This document shows, in pieces, positions 61,319 to 64,000 of a DNA stretch of 64,000 bases. The position numbers and the translations under genes were made by a program. The notes beneath the pieces are model-generated. The model had not been told where the DNA came from, did not search any database, and saw nothing but the letters and a program-made list of their open reading frames with translations. The stretch's first letter is position 1; every line of letters begins with the position of its first letter. This DNA comes from Blepharisma stoltei ATCC 30299 (taxonomy: Eukaryota > Protista > Ciliophora): assembly GCA_965603825.1 (NCBI GenBank), contig CBFDEM010000002.1, forward strand, positions 124,001 to 188,000. Direction: 5' to 3'.

Positions 61319-62394
61319 TCAAGATAAGATGATACATCTAGCTTCTTTGTAACATTTTCAAACTTTGATGGTATGCTTATAAACGGATAAACATTATTTT
61401 ATTTATATAAATACGACTTCTAGTTCATAATTGAAATGTGATGTCTAAACTTAGTTATATTGTATATAAATGTGCTATGGCATGGATTTAAATAGCAGCA
61501 ATTACAAATCAAAATCTTGGTTTAATGAAAAGAATATCTCAAGAAATAAAAGATGCAATATCCTTTATATTCTTTATAAAAAAGATATAAATCCAATAAA
61601 ATTATTTGAAAAATATATCGAAAATAAATAATCTAAAAACTTGAAAATACCTAGAAGCTTGGATAGAATAAAAAGCAAATAGATATTAAATTGTGTCGAT
61701 AAGTAAAATAAACGATAAAAAATAAAAGGATGTAGCAATCAGTGATATATTAGCACTAAACTCTGTTTAGGCTTATGAAATTTAAATATAATGCAAGACA
61801 TAACCCTTGCTAATTAAATAACAAAATTTTTTGAGTGTATTTTTGATATAAATCTTTACTTCAATAGGTCAATATAAAATTTTAGTATTCATTTAAATAA
61901 CCCTGATCGAATATTTTAAATTTTATTAGGTTTTATTTTAATTTTGAATCTCTATCGAATTTTCTGCAGTGAAAAATATTTTCTAAATTCTTAAGATAAT
62001 AAAGATTGAGAGATAGATAAAAGAATATATTTATTACTATTTCTTTTAGACATTTTTTTTAATATTATTGATTTAAAAGGGAATTAACTCCTCACATACG
62101 TTTTAAAAAATGATTTCTTTAGATTTTAGAGACTTTGAGGTAAAATTTATTGTTTTAAGAAAGGAAGAAATATTGCTTTCTATTATTTTGAATTCAAAGT
62201 CCTTCTCAAAATTTTTTAACGTATAACTTGGTGGCACATTATTATATACAATTCATGCTAAAAATGATTCGTTTTTATATTAAAATGTTTTATTTGACAG
62301 CATTCAATTGATGAAACCTCTCTAAAGTTATTTGAAATTTATTAAGCATAAAATGAATGCATTTGCTAGCTATAAAAATTATTAAATTGGAGCA

Positions 62395-62949
62395 ATGCAT
62401 ATAATGGAAAATTGCTTAGATGATTTTATGTATCAGTTTTATAATACAATTGAAGGATCTTTAATCAAATACCTACGAAGCTATGGCCAAGCCACCTTGG
62501 ATGAGTTAATTGATCACGTCTTGAACAATAAAAACCTTAGGACAAAATACTCAAAAAAGTACAGAAACAGGAACATTGAAAAGCTAACCCTATCCAAAAT
62601 CATATCTAAAGATCATATTTTCATTGAAAATCAGTATGGGATTTGGACGCTTGATGTAATTATTATTCAGGAAAGTTTTGCATCTGAATATGAAATTAAA
62701 AAAGTTACTGAAATCAAAGAAATAAAAGAAAAAGGACTTCAATCAAGAGTGGAGAAGTATAGAAAGGATAAAAGCAAGCTAAGAGACCAAGAAAATTTTA
62801 CAATATTTAATAGGATTATAGATGAAGGTATTTTTAACAAACTTGAGCAAGTTGAAGAAATTTTACAGTCATCAAATGAAAATGCTCAGAATCAAATTTA
62901 CGATATCTTTGAGTCTTTATTAGCTCATAATAAAAAATATAACACCTAA
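62395..62949 (+). CDS. Winged-helix (HARE-HTH-like) protein, paralogue 1 (probable intron 62656-62670)
   Basis: LIKYLRSYGQATLDELIDHV...IFIENQYGIWTL; GTAATTATTATTCAG. Confidence 0.6.
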   Translation: MHIMENCLDDFMYQFYNTIEGSLIKYLRSYGQATLDELIDHVLNNKNLRTKYSKKYRNRNIEKLTLSKIISKDHIFIENQYGIWTLDVIIIQESFASEYEIKKVTEIKEIKEKGLQSRVEKYRKDKSKLRDQENFTIFNRIIDEGIFNKLEQVEEILQSSNENAQNQIYDIFESLLAHNKKYNT

Positions 62950-62993
62950 AACATTGTCTTAAAGTCTTAATTGTATATATACAAATAATAAAA

Positions 62994-63704
62994 ATGGTCA
63001 AAAATAGCCTTAGTTTCCAAAACCAAAAATCTTCTCAGAGCATTGAAGAACTTCCTATAGAAAGAGAAAGAGAAGAACAAATTACTAATCTTGCTCCTAA
63101 AAAGCATCAAAAAATTCCTTTTAATCAAGGTTTGAAACAGATACCAAAAATAGGGCGGACTTGTAGTCTTAATGACTCATCTACGATTTTTGAAAATCTT
63201 GCAATTGGCTGTGTTATTAATTTTCTGAGAAAATTCAGCCCTTCTCCTATTGAAAATATAGTGGAACATGTAAAATCCAATGAGCATTCACTCATAAACT
63301 CAGTCAAAGGGAAATACAAAAAAAACGCTTTTCAAACTGTGGATTATGTTTTGACATGGTATCCAAAAATTTTCAAATTAAATGACAGTTTTCATTACTA
63401 CTTGAATGTAAATATTATTTAGGAAGAAGAAGCTCTTAAATATGAGAGAGGATTCAAATTAAAGACAATCTTATTATCCAAAAATAAGAGGCTGAAATAT
63501 AAAGAAAAAATAAAACAACAAAGAGAAAAATCAGAAAAAAAGAAGAGAATTAGTGAGAAAATTGAAGCAGAGTTGTCAAATGGTGCTGAGCCTTCAATTA
63601 TAACGAAAGCTTACTTAGTGCTGACTTCAAGCAATGAAAAAGAAGCTGAGAGTTTACGCCTCAAGATAAGAAATGCTTATCTTACGCTTAAAAATTTAGT
63701 CTAA
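62994..63704 (+). CDS. Winged-helix (HARE-HTH-like) protein, paralogue 2 (intron 63408-63422)
   Basis: VINFLRKFSPSPIENIVEHV...IFKLNDSFHYYLN|EEEALKYE; GTAAATATTATTTAG contains the TAG. Confidence 0.65.
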
Positions 63705-64000
63705 TAGGCAAGCAAGCTTAATTATTCTATAGATTCTTATTCTTAATGGTCTATGGCAGTATTAGAATGCTTGATCTTCGTGCTCGCAATAGTAATCAGC
63801 CTTGTATTTTTTTCAAAAAATTTAGCTGCACTTTCTTTACTACTAAGCTAAGCCTGCAATTTGTCTTTATTGCCCAATTGCTTGATATAACTTTGCCGCG
63901 GCAATAATATCAGGCTTCTTCTAAATTGGCTCCATTTTATTTTGTCCCTTTGTACAAATATAGTTGCCAAAAGGACGGCTGTTAAATTTCTTCCATTCTT

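Noticed and set aside
63740-64000. Possible 3' end of a minus-strand gene at the window edge
   Set aside because: The frames examined contain TAG and show no motif; cannot be resolved here
1-64000. Prokaryotic systems (CRISPR, operons, IS elements), tRNA/rRNA genes, transposase ORFs
   Set aside because: None seen; the short rRNA matches at 35.5-35.7 kb are snoRNA guides, not rRNA genes

Overview
AT-rich, gene-dense eukaryotic DNA. It is most likely the somatic (macronuclear) genome of a heterotrich ciliate, probably Blepharisma. Evidence: in-frame TGA repeatedly sits at invariant Trp positions (DMWGLG, GTCHWMAPE, HQECLKAWL, Myb GWT, MORN YEGEW), the genes reconstructed here end in TAA/TAG, and introns are 15-16 nt GT...AG with an A six bases from the 3' end. 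The supplied standard-code ORF track therefore fragments most genes. Re-read with TGA=Trp and tiny introns, the window holds about 40 protein genes, including DDX42, RRM2, HYOU1, PUM3, SNU13, IFT52, a PNUTS-like gene, a DENN protein, a PDE, a DHHC PAT, an R2R3-Myb, VPS8 and DNALI1. Highlights: (1) a cluster of three ~55-nt dual-guide box C/D snoRNAs at 35.48-35.68 kb; (2) an apparent homologue of the apicomplexan rhoptry-anchoring protein ARO; (3) a 7TM-RGS protein; (4) a 41-nt intron splitting the PP1-docking motif of the PNUTS-like gene; (5) a pseudokinase-ANTH-kinase fusion; (6) two local duplications, one with a chimeric phosphoglycerate-mutase/ANKRD13 pseudogene and one with a TA-bounded 36-bp palindromic insertion. 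Family assignments come from motif recognition and recall, not database searches.
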